From: an uncultured bacterium | GTDB taxonomy: Bacteria; Hydrogenedentota; Hydrogenedentia; Hydrogenedentales; JAEUWI01 | NCBI GenBank assembly: GCA_963977445.1 | Contig: CAXBPH010000183.1 | Coordinates: 1 to 14,256 of the forward strand | Reading direction: 5' to 3' | Length of the DNA: 14,256 nt | Part shown: positions 1 to 7,753 of the stretch, piece after piece | Position numbering within the stretch: the stretch's first letter is position 1 | Layout of the letters: each line of letters starts with the position of its first letter | The notes under the pieces: generated by a model | The model's input: only the letters and a program-made list of their open reading frames with translations | Database searches by the model: none | Told to the model about the DNA's origin: nothing | Program-made: the position numbers and the translations under genes

Positions 1-125
1 CCGCGCACGAATCCTCCAACGGCGCATCTTCGACCGGAAATACCGGATCGCGCGGAACGATTGATGGGTTCAGTTTACTTTGGCGGCGTGCGTCTTAGTG
101 GGCACCCAATAATTGCCCATGAAGC

Positions 126-167
126 AAAAAAAATTGGCACCGATGCCACGGGGACATTGGTGCCAAT
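126..167 (-). terminator. Rho-independent terminator of the oxidoreductase gene
   Basis: Inverted repeat 133-145/155-167 (ATTGGCACCGATG / CATTGGTGCCAAT, 12 of 13 positions pair). On the minus strand it is followed by a T8 run (A126-133 on plus). It lies about 20 nt after the stop codon at 187-189. Confidence 0.85.
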
Positions 168-186
168 AAGATTATCTGCTAATCGT

Positions 187-1461
187 TTATGCTTTCGGCA
201 TGCCCGCAGGTACGGGTACGGCACCGACGGGGTATTCCAGGTCGAAGGAGAGCACTTCGGGAACGATGCTGAGATCGGAGTTGAGTGCATCTTCCCAGGT
301 GAGTTCCATGCCGGTGTAGGCCGACATGCGGCCCATGATGGCGGTCATGGTGCTTTCGGCACAACGGACGCCTTCATTGATGTAAGGAGCGTCACCACGG
401 ACGGCAGCCAACAGGTCCATGTGTTCCTGGACGTAGGGGTTGATGTCGTCTTTGGCCATGTCGTGGCAGTTGCTGATGCCCTTGGTGCCGACGACGTTTT
501 CGGCGACGCGCTGGGTGCATTCCTGCGCCCAGTGGCGGCACATGCTGGTCAAATGGACGCCGTTGGCGTATTCATAATCGCAGGAGAAGTGATCCCACAA
601 GTCGCCATACTTTTCAGGATTCGGCTCCAGGTGTTTCCATACGCGCCCGCCGGAGGCATAGACCTTCGCCGGGGGGCCGCCCATGACCCAGTTGATGACG
701 TCGAGGTTGTGGATGTGCTGCTCCACGATATTGTCACCCATGACCCAGCAGTGGGCATACCAGTTGCGGAGACGATCTTCGAGATCGGACCAGCCGGGCT
801 GACGATCGCGGGTGAAAGGCAGGGTGCCATTCCAATAGGCCTGGGCAGACATGACGTCGCCGATAGCGCCATCCTGAATCTGCTTGATGGTGTCCACATA
901 GGACTTCTGGTGACGACGCTGGGTACCGGTGACGATACAAAGCTTTTTTTCTTCGGCCTTCTTGGAGGCGGCGATGAACTGGCGAATACCAACCGGATCA
1001 ACGGCCGCAGGCTTTTCGGTGAAGATGTGTTTACCAGCATCCACGATGGCTTCGATGTGCTTGGGGCGGATGTAGGGCGTGGTGGCATGGATGATGATAT
1101 CCACGTCGGTCTTGAGAATTTCTTTGTAGGCTTCGACACCGACAAACTGCATCTCGGGGCTCACGTCACACTGGGAGCTGACCTGGGGGTTACCGTGGCC
1201 GCTGATTTTCTTCAGCGAATCGGCCAACTGATAGTCGAGGATATCGGCCATGGCAACGAGTTTGATGTTGGTGTTACCTTCGAGACAGTTGATAGCCGCG
1301 CCGGTGCCTCGTCCGCCACAACCGATGAGACCGATTTTGATGGTCTCGCCGTTGGTGGCGGCGATGCCCGATTTGGACGTGAGAATCGCGGCACTTGCAG
1401 CAGCCGCAGTGGCTTGGGCAAAGGCGCGGCGGGAGATGCCCGCTTTAGATTGGTCTGACAT
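187..1461 (-). CDS. Gfo/Idh/MocA family NAD(P)-dependent oxidoreductase with twin-arginine (Tat) signal peptide, 424 aa
   Basis: Rossmann motif IGLIGCGGRG, family motif FTEKP, and a C-terminal EQHIHNLD motif. N-terminus SRRAF plus an Ala-rich stretch fits a Tat signal. Start placed at ATG 1461 because AGGAGAGG lies just upstream (the ORF track starts at 1530). Confidence 0.9.
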   Translation of the reverse strand: MSDQSKAGISRRAFAQATAAAASAAILTSKSGIAATNGETIKIGLIGCGGRGTGAAINCLEGNTNIKLVAMADILDYQLADSLKKISGHGNPQVSSQCDVSPEMQFVGVEAYKEILKTDVDIIIHATTPYIRPKHIEAIVDAGKHIFTEKPAAVDPVGIRQFIAASKKAEEKKLCIVTGTQRRHQKSYVDTIKQIQDGAIGDVMSAQAYWNGTLPFTRDRQPGWSDLEDRLRNWYAHCWVMGDNIVEQHIHNLDVINWVMGGPPAKVYASGGRVWKHLEPNPEKYGDLWDHFSCDYEYANGVHLTSMCRHWAQECTQRVAENVVGTKGISNCHDMAKDDINPYVQEHMDLLAAVRGDAPYINEGVRCAESTMTAIMGRMSAYTGMELTWEDALNSDLSIVPEVLSFDLEYPVGAVPVPAGMPKA

Positions 1462-1611
1462 AAATCCTCTCCTGTTGTTGGGTCGTATAGTGCGCGAAGG
1501 AGCCCGAATAGAAACCGGCCTTCGTACCATATGAAGGGTGTTGGATGTACACAGCAGCGTGTCGTGCGACGTTCCGTAGAAAGGGACGCCACAGGCGACA
1601 CAGCCGGAAAC

Positions 1612-1639
1612 AGCATAGCATATTTCTGTAGAAAATCAA
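1612..1639 (-). promoter_or_regulatory. Putative sigma70 promoter (extended -10) for the oxidoreductase
   Basis: Minus strand reads TTGATT-16 nt-TATGCT with TGn directly before the -10, in an AT-rich patch. It predicts a 5' UTR of about 145 nt. Confidence 0.5.
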
Positions 1640-1720
1640 CTTTCGGTCCAGAGGGGTGTCCCGGGACGGACCCGTGCTCCACCTATCGGACTTGTGGCGG
1701 CCTCGTTGTGGAAATCATAT

Positions 1721-1808
1721 TGGCGGGAGCAGGGAAAGAGGCTTCGGGGCGTGGGCCTGTCCCTGCTGGTGTTTGGGAAGTTGTCCCGACAGCACTATCC
1801 CTGCTCCC
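1721..1808 (-). ncRNA. Candidate structured small RNA or leader (unassigned family)
   Basis: Perfect 11-bp terminal inverted repeat GGGAGCAGGGA/TCCCTGCTCCC (1725-1735 with 1798-1808), internal hairpins, and a 3' GCCA. It starts a few nt downstream of a good promoter match. Confidence 0.35.
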
Positions 1809-1817
1809 TGTTTGACC

Positions 1818-1846
1818 AGATTATTTCGGTCTTAAGGGTTCGTCAA
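1818..1846 (-). promoter_or_regulatory. Putative sigma70 promoter upstream of the 88-nt structured element
   Basis: Minus strand reads TTGACG (1846-1841), a 17-nt spacer, then TAATCT (1823-1818). Confidence 0.5.
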
Positions 1847-1872
1847 CACAGCGCGAACAGGTAGAGTTTTTA

Positions 1873-1937
1873 GCCGCGAAGGAACGCAAAGAACGCAAAG
1901 AAAACTACTCTTTGCGTTCTCTGCGTTCTTTTGCGGC
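1873..1937. repeat. REP-like long palindrome made of tandem 9-nt units (GAACGCAAA)
   Basis: Left arm GCCGCGAAGGAACGCAAAGAACGCAAAGA (1873-1901) and right arm TCTTTGCGTTCTCTGCGTTCTTTTGCGGC (1909-1937) are complementary at 26 of 29 positions, with a 7-nt loop. Confidence 0.8.
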
Positions 1938-2042
1938 CAACGGCTGCTCCGTGCCTACCACGGGCGAGGCCGGGAGCGTTGCCACCACCCGGTGTCCGGG
2001 CGGCGGGACGTCCCGGTACCAAAGCCTTTCTCCCACCGAAAG

Positions 2043-2081
2043 AAAAAAGCCCGGCGGGCTGAAATCTCCAGCGCGCCGGGC
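2043..2081 (-). terminator. Rho-independent terminator of the acylase gene
   Basis: GC-rich stem 2049-2061/2069-2081 (12 of 13 pairs) with a 7-nt loop, followed on the minus strand by TTTTTTCTTT. It lies about 33 nt after the stop codon. Confidence 0.85.
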
Positions 2082-2114
2082 CGATAGGGTCCGTCAGTTT
2101 GTTGATGGGGAATA

Positions 2115-4235
2115 TCAGGCCCCACCCGTCTCCAGGATTTTTGTGGCACTCAGATTTTCCAGGAGTGCCTCGCGGGTGCGATAGACGGGCTTGAAGGTCC
2201 GTTGGGTGAAGAGTTTTTCGCCCTGATCCATGTAGTGGGGTGATTGGGGATCACCGCTCTGTCCCCAGGGGATGCAGCTATAGGATTCGATGCCATCTTT
2301 GTGCATGAACATGAGCAACATGGCCATGGAGCCTTTGCGGGCGATGTAGCGTCCAGAACCCTTTTCCTTTTCCTCGACGCCGATACTCAACAGGGTGCGC
2401 AGGCGCTTGTCGACTTCGCCGTCCCCATAATCGGCACCTGAGGCTGGAAAGACCTGTCCACCACGCCCGACCTGGATGATTTCGCCCCAGGGCACGTCGG
2501 TTTTTCCATAGAGGACAATCATCTTTTCCCGGGCTTTCTCGAGGGCCTTCAACAAGGCCAGGAGATCAACCACGGTCACGCCCTTGCCTTGATTCACTTC
2601 GGCGGGATCGACAATCTCAAAGGCTTCCAGTCGAAAATAGCGCATGAGTGTTGCTGCGGTGCTGTCTTTGTGGTAGCGACCGTCCCATGCCAGCAGGCTC
2701 TCCATATCGGCCTTGAAATTGCTGTCGCGCATACGTTTTTTACCCACGCCGAGGGTGATGTCCTTGAGGATCTTTTTCCAGTGCGCCACGTAGGGGTCGG
2801 TAATATCGAAGGAAAGATCCATGGCCTCTTCCCGGGTCAGGCTTTCGTCGGCGGAAAGTACCTGAATGGCCCGGTCGCCCCGGCTGTTATTTGAATCCCA
2901 ACTCACGTGGTAGATGTAGTCGGGGTAATTTTCCGGCTGGAGGGGGGAATCGATCATCATGTTGGCGGGGCTGATATTACAGTTCTGCATGTAGCCCTGG
3001 GGTGGATTCTTTATTTGTACCAAATCCGATGCGGGGTGAATGCCGAGCCATTTGGTCTTGGAGGTATTACCGGGAACCGGCGCGCCCCAGTCCCAGCCGT
3101 CCGGTCGGATGGGCGTGCGGCCCGTGCGGATATAGGCGATGTTGCCGTCCCGGTCTGCCGACATGAGATTCTGTTCCATATACTGATTCATGGCGAGCGC
3201 GGTCAAGAGCTCATCCACATTTCGGGCCTGGAGCGCCTTGTAGCTCTGCTCCAGCAAGAGGGTCTGATCGAGATAGGGCGTGGCCCCCACGAGGATGGTC
3301 TGCTTTTCCATATCGGGTTGGGAAAAGGCCGGTCCCAGGTGGGTGGTATAGGTGGCCATCTTCACGGGGTCCCCATCCTTGACCGCAATGTTCACCCAGC
3401 CGAGGGTGGCATCCCGCCATTCGCCGTCATATTCGTATTGCAGGGGATTCTCGGGGTTGAGCTTCATGGCGTAGACATCGGCCGTGTCGGGCCCGCCGGT
3501 GGTGGGTGCCCAGCCGAAGAATTCGGTGTGGCCATAACCCAGCAGGAAGGTGCCCACGATGAAGTAACCGTGCTGTTCCGTGAGGACGTCGCCGTAGACA
3601 TTGGCCTCATAGAAGACCGACATGCCCTGCCACGTAAGGTGGGGGTCAGTCAGCAGGATGGCACAACCTTCGGCGCTTCGCTCGGGCGCGACGGACCACT
3701 GGTTGGATCCCCAGCCCAGGGTGTTGCCTTCTTGGCTCATTTCATCCTTGATGGCTCCCAGGGGCCAGTTGAGGATCATGGCCCGCAAGATGGCCAGGGA
3801 ATGCCAGGGCTGCAATTCCACCGCAAAGGGCGAGGTCTTGCCCTGTTCTGTTTCACAGGCTTTTATGCCCCGATTGAAGGCGTCGGCCATGGCCCGAAGG
3901 GGCTCGGGTGCGGTGGGCCAATAGGCTTCGCAGCGGGTTGCGTTGCCGACCATCTGCATAATGTAATCAGACTGGATGTAGTCTTTGCCCATCACTTCGG
4001 ACATGCGGCCGACGGCGGTGCGAATGTTGAGATAGATGTCGTCGAGGCGATCTTCCGCCTGGGCATAGCCGAGGGCATAGGCGGCGTCGGCATCGGAACC
4101 GCCGTAGATATAGGGCACGCCAAAGGTATCGCGATAGAGGGTGGCCTTCCCCACGTCGGTCTGGCCGTGTGCGCCGACAGCGCCCAGCAGCACCAGCCCT
4201 GTCGCAATGAATGTGGAAACACGGTAGTTCAACAT
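2115..4235 (-). CDS. Penicillin acylase family (peptidase S45, Ntn hydrolase) precursor, GL-7-ACA/AHL acylase-like, with Sec signal peptide, 706 aa
   Basis: Alpha-subunit motifs RDTFGVPYIY and GYAQAEDRL. Beta-subunit N-terminal nucleophile G|SNQW (Ser177, codon 3705-3707) followed by DPHL, then QNCN and a C-terminal GQSGDPQSPHYMDQ. Hydrophobic signal ends in AHG. GAGGAG lies upstream of ATG 4235. Confidence 0.92.
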   Translation of the reverse strand: MLNYRVSTFIATGLVLLGAVGAHGQTDVGKATLYRDTFGVPYIYGGSDADAAYALGYAQAEDRLDDIYLNIRTAVGRMSEVMGKDYIQSDYIMQMVGNATRCEAYWPTAPEPLRAMADAFNRGIKACETEQGKTSPFAVELQPWHSLAILRAMILNWPLGAIKDEMSQEGNTLGWGSNQWSVAPERSAEGCAILLTDPHLTWQGMSVFYEANVYGDVLTEQHGYFIVGTFLLGYGHTEFFGWAPTTGGPDTADVYAMKLNPENPLQYEYDGEWRDATLGWVNIAVKDGDPVKMATYTTHLGPAFSQPDMEKQTILVGATPYLDQTLLLEQSYKALQARNVDELLTALAMNQYMEQNLMSADRDGNIAYIRTGRTPIRPDGWDWGAPVPGNTSKTKWLGIHPASDLVQIKNPPQGYMQNCNISPANMMIDSPLQPENYPDYIYHVSWDSNNSRGDRAIQVLSADESLTREEAMDLSFDITDPYVAHWKKILKDITLGVGKKRMRDSNFKADMESLLAWDGRYHKDSTAATLMRYFRLEAFEIVDPAEVNQGKGVTVVDLLALLKALEKAREKMIVLYGKTDVPWGEIIQVGRGGQVFPASGADYGDGEVDKRLRTLLSIGVEEKEKGSGRYIARKGSMAMLLMFMHKDGIESYSCIPWGQSGDPQSPHYMDQGEKLFTQRTFKPVYRTREALLENLSATKILETGGA

Positions 4236-4304
4236 GGTTGTTCTCCTCGTAGGGTCTCGAAACAAATTGGGCCTTTTTTTAAATTGGGTTAGGAAGCGGG
4301 ACGG

Positions 4305-4673
4305 TCAGGCGTCCCCGGTGGTGACGGGAAGGCCGGCATTCTTCCAACCGGCAAAGCCGCCGCTCATGGAAACGACATGGGTATAGCCCATGCGCTGTAA
4401 GGAATCTGCGGCCAGTATCGATCGGACACCACCACCACAATAGAGCACGATGGGCGTGTGTAGATCGGGGGCCGCTTCTTCAATGTCACGCTCCAGGACG
4501 CCTTTGCCGATGTGGGTGGCTCCGGTAATGTGAGCGGCTATCCATTCCCGGTCTTCCCGGACGTCAACCAATTTAAATTCTTCTTTGCTTTCCAGTCGGC
4601 TATGTACTTCGTTCACGTCTTGTTCCTGGACATGTTCTTTGCTGTGGCTCACGATATCGCTGAATCGGCTCAT
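4305..4673 (-). CDS. Single-domain rhodanese-like sulfurtransferase, 122 aa
   Basis: Motifs LVDVRE..EW...HI.GA, active-site loop YCGGGVRS, and GGFAGW. ATG at 4673 is preferred over GTG at 4682. Confidence 0.9.
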   Translation of the reverse strand: MSRFSDIVSHSKEHVQEQDVNEVHSRLESKEEFKLVDVREDREWIAAHITGATHIGKGVLERDIEEAAPDLHTPIVLYCGGGVRSILAADSLQRMGYTHVVSMSGGFAGWKNAGLPVTTGDA

Positions 4674-5049
4674 GGAATACACTCTTTCTGTGTTGGGCCC
4701 GTTGGTTATACGAATGGAATCCTACTCCCCATGGCCGCCTGTGTTCCAGTGCCGAGGCTACGGTGACGTGTTATTGAATCACCCGTCCTTCCGGGTCAAG
4801 GCACCCGAACGCTTCTTACAGGTCCGTAGTGATTGCCCGTGATTTTCGACCTGATTATGTGTCCCTCTGTCCGCCCTGATCCGTCGATCGCGATCGGGTG
4901 GCACGACCAGACGCCTCGCTTGTCGAATCTAAACGCGATCTGCCCCTATTTATTCATTGGACATGACTTGCTGCTTTCGGTTCCAATAGACGGTCTTGGC
5001 GCGCTGGGCGAAGTCCCACGTGGTGAAACGGGAACTAAAGGAGCACGGT

Positions 5050-7590
5050 GTGAACGGTATGGTCGGGAAACTGAATGGGGTGTTGTGTTGCGGGTGGGTG
5101 GCGTTGGTACTGGTGATGTTGGCGTGTGTGCCTGCGGCCCATGGTGATTTGGCATGGACGGACCTCCCCCCCTTGCCTGTGCCCAGTTCGGGGCATTTCG
5201 TGGGAGAACATAACGGAGCGCTCATCGTCGCGGGGGGGTCCAATTTTACCGTATCGCCCTTTCAGGGGGGCGAAAAGGAATGGCTCGATCACATCTGGGT
5301 ATTGGAGCCCGGTGGATCCGAATGGATAGACGGTGGCACCCTTCCCGGGCCCCGGGCCTATGGCGGCACGGTCTCGTTGGATTCGGGCATGTGGCTCATC
5401 GGGGGTACCGATGGGGTGACCTGCTTCGACGATGTCCTGGAACTGCGTTGGGAAAATGGGGCAATAACCGTAGGTGCGCCAACTGACGGCGCGGGGACAC
5501 TGCCGGGGACCTCGGCCTTTCATGGTGCTGCCCAGGTTGGGCGTTTTGTCTATCTGGTGGGTGGCCAGGCCGACCCGAAGTCCACCGAAGCCCGTAGCCC
5601 CATCTGGTATTTTGATCTCGAAAAACCACTCGTTGGCTGGTCGGAATTGTCGGAGCCCTTGCCGGGGCCGTCGCGCATGCTGCCGGTTGTGGTGGGCCGC
5701 GAAGAAGGACTTTATGTCATTAGCGGTGCCTCCCTCTTCGCCAAAGACGATGGAAGCACGGGACGAATCTTCCTGAATGATGCGTATGCCTACGAGCCTA
5801 AATCGGGTTGGAAGGCCATCACCGGACCGCCCGTGCCCCTGTTGGCGGCGGCGGCGGTGCCCTGGGGTCAGGCCCATATTTTTGTGGCCAGTGGGGACGA
5901 CGGCAGTCTTTTCGAGAAGTCCGCCGAGTTGAAAGACGATCATCCCGGCTTCCCCGATACCCTGTGGGCCTATCACACGATTACGGATACCTGGGTTCAG
6001 CGCGGCACGGTGCCGTCGGCCTATGTGACTACCCAGGGTATCGTCTGGCAGGGTGCCATGGTGATTCCCGGCGGCGAAGACCGGCCCGGTCACCGGGGCA
6101 CGCGGGTCATGTCGGGCATCCCCGAGGGGGTCAAAAAGAGCTTTTCCCCGGTGGACTACGGCACGATAGCCCTCTATTTCCTGGTCCTCGTGGGCATGGG
6201 ATTGTATTTCGCCCGTGGGGAAAATGATACAGAGACCTTTTTCCTGGGTGGCCGGAAGATTCCCTGGTGGGCGGTGGGTATCAGTATCTTTGGTACCTCC
6301 CTGAGCTCCATTACCTACGTGGCCATCCCGGCGAACGCCTATGCCGGGAATTGGCTGGGCATGCTGAGCAATCTTGGCATCGTGCTGGTGGCACCCTTCG
6401 TCGTCTACTACTTTATCCCCCACTTTCGAAAAGCGCCTATTGCCACGGCCTATGAATACCTGGAACGCCGCTTTAACGTGGCCACCCGTATTTATGGCAG
6501 CCTCATTTTTATTATGTTTCAGTTGGGCCGCATGGCGATTGTCCTCTTTATCCCGTCTATTGCCCTCTCTGCGGCCACGGGGATGAGTATTCCCCTGTGT
6601 ATCCTGGCCATGGGCATTCTGGCCACCGTTTACACGGTGCTGGGGGGCATTGAGGCCGTTATCTGGACCGATGTGCTGCAGGCGGTCGTGTTGCTCTCGG
6701 GGGCCGTTCTTGCCCTTTACCTGGTGGTGTCGGGCGTGGATGGTGGTGCGGTTGCGGTGGTTCGGGAGGCCCAGGCCTACGACAAGCTTCATTTGTTCAA
6801 CTGGTCGTGGGATATTACGACCAACGCGGTCTGGGTCTGTGTGATTGGTCAGTTTTTCACCATGTTGTACCCCTACACGGCGGATCAGACCATGGTGCAG
6901 CGTTACCTGAGCACCGCCACCGAGCGGGATGCCCGCCGTGCTGTTTGGACCAACGCGATCATGACTATTCCCGTGTCCCTCCTCTTTTTTGGTCTGGGTA
7001 CAGCGCTCTGGGCCTTCTTCCGCAGTCACCCCGCCGATTTGGATCCCAATCTGAAGAATGATGCCATCTTACCCCTCTTTATCATGGCGGAGTTTCCGGT
7101 GGGATTGAAGGGCATCATTATTGCCGGTATTTTTGCAGCGGCCATGTCTTCGCTGGACAGCAGCATGAACAGCCTGGCCTCGGTCCTGGTAAACGACTAC
7201 TATCGCCGTTTTGTGACCAATGTTCAGGAAAAGTCGGCCTTGCGGTTGGCACGGGTTCTTACGGTTGTCCTTGGTGTTTTCGGGACGGGTGCAGCCCTGT
7301 TTCTCACGACGCTGGAGTCGACCTCTCTCTTTGATACCTACTTGAAATTGCTGGGTATGGCGGGCGGTGGTCTGGCGGGCGTGATGGCCCTGGGCATGTT
7401 GACGAAACGGGCCCATGGCTGGGGTGCGATTACGGGGGCACTTGTCAGCAGCGGCTGCGTTTACTTTGTGAGTGCCTATAACCTGACCCATTTCTATATG
7501 CACGGTGCCGTGGGCTTCCTGGTGGCCTTTGGAATTGGCTATCTCTTGAGCACGGTGTTTCCCCGTCGGGACGTCGTGGAAGAATCATGA
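5050..7590 (+). CDS. Kelch-repeat (NanM/mutarotase-like) beta-propeller fused to an SSS-family sodium:solute symporter (SiaT-like), 846 aa
   Basis: Signal peptide ends in AHG. Kelch units with GG motifs (IVAGGSNF, WLIGGTDG, YLVGGQ, VIPGGEDRPGHR). SSS motifs FFLGGRKIPWW, TAYEYLERRF, YTVLGGIEAVIWTD, DQTMVQRYL and AAAMSSLDS. AAGGAG lies 6 nt before GTG 5050 (alternative start ATG 5059). Confidence 0.88.
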   Translation: MNGMVGKLNGVLCCGWVALVLVMLACVPAAHGDLAWTDLPPLPVPSSGHFVGEHNGALIVAGGSNFTVSPFQGGEKEWLDHIWVLEPGGSEWIDGGTLPGPRAYGGTVSLDSGMWLIGGTDGVTCFDDVLELRWENGAITVGAPTDGAGTLPGTSAFHGAAQVGRFVYLVGGQADPKSTEARSPIWYFDLEKPLVGWSELSEPLPGPSRMLPVVVGREEGLYVISGASLFAKDDGSTGRIFLNDAYAYEPKSGWKAITGPPVPLLAAAAVPWGQAHIFVASGDDGSLFEKSAELKDDHPGFPDTLWAYHTITDTWVQRGTVPSAYVTTQGIVWQGAMVIPGGEDRPGHRGTRVMSGIPEGVKKSFSPVDYGTIALYFLVLVGMGLYFARGENDTETFFLGGRKIPWWAVGISIFGTSLSSITYVAIPANAYAGNWLGMLSNLGIVLVAPFVVYYFIPHFRKAPIATAYEYLERRFNVATRIYGSLIFIMFQLGRMAIVLFIPSIALSAATGMSIPLCILAMGILATVYTVLGGIEAVIWTDVLQAVVLLSGAVLALYLVVSGVDGGAVAVVREAQAYDKLHLFNWSWDITTNAVWVCVIGQFFTMLYPYTADQTMVQRYLSTATERDARRAVWTNAIMTIPVSLLFFGLGTALWAFFRSHPADLDPNLKNDAILPLFIMAEFPVGLKGIIIAGIFAAAMSSLDSSMNSLASVLVNDYYRRFVTNVQEKSALRLARVLTVVLGVFGTGAALFLTTLESTSLFDTYLKLLGMAGGGLAGVMALGMLTKRAHGWGAITGALVSSGCVYFVSAYNLTHFYMHGAVGFLVAFGIGYLLSTVFPRRDVVEES

Positions 7591-7600
7591 TTTTTCCGTA

Positions 7601-7635
7601 GTTGGCGTGGCTGGCCTCGGGTCAGCATCGCCAAC
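7601..7635 (+). other. GC-rich hairpin after the symporter stop codon (possible terminator or mRNA-stabilising stem)
   Basis: GTTGGCG/CGCCAAC plus GCTGGCC/GGTCAGC with a 2x2 internal loop. There is no U-tract on either strand. Confidence 0.4.
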
Positions 7636-7753
7636 GATGTGATAGCCGCCCCGGCCCTTTCGAAGAATGGCCTCTGGGGGTGCCTGAATTAGAGTTACAC
7701 TTTTTGCTATCGAATGGGTTATACTACGTCGAACCCTGAAATAGAAAGTAACT

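Noticed and set aside
1..98. Possible 3' end of a convergent plus-strand gene (frames stop at 64 or 98)
   Set aside because: Too short to choose a frame or a product.
61..1458. 465-aa plus-strand ORF
   Set aside because: It is the antisense shadow of the oxidoreductase, with no recognisable motifs. Long antisense frames are expected with GC-rich codon bias.
1721..1808. tRNA-Sec or other tRNA call, suggested by the acceptor-like stem and GCCA
   Set aside because: No T-arm, D-arm or anticodon arm can be built. Kept only as an unassigned structured RNA candidate.
1531..1815. 94-aa intergenic ORF (also 1912-2184 and 10263-10526)
   Set aside because: No convincing RBS or protein features, and they overlap promoter, repeat or structured elements.
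1873..1937. CRISPR array
   Set aside because: The 9-nt tandem units have no spacers, and no cas genes are present.
2907..4292. 461-aa plus-strand ORF
   Set aside because: Antisense shadow of the acylase gene, with no motifs.
4885..4965. Palindrome CGATCGCGATCG (4885-4896) and sigma54-like TGGCAC / TTGC motifs in the divergent promoter region
   Set aside because: The GG-N10-GC spacing is not met, and one GC-rich palindrome alone does not support an operator call.
5035..7029. 664-aa minus-strand ORF (likewise 9127-10161, 10685-11626 and 12998-13864)
   Set aside because: These are antisense to well-supported genes, have shadow-like composition and carry no domain signatures.
7720..7725. TATACT as a -10 box upstream of the helicase
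   Set aside because: Plausible, but there is no -35 at 16-18 nt spacing and no extended -10.
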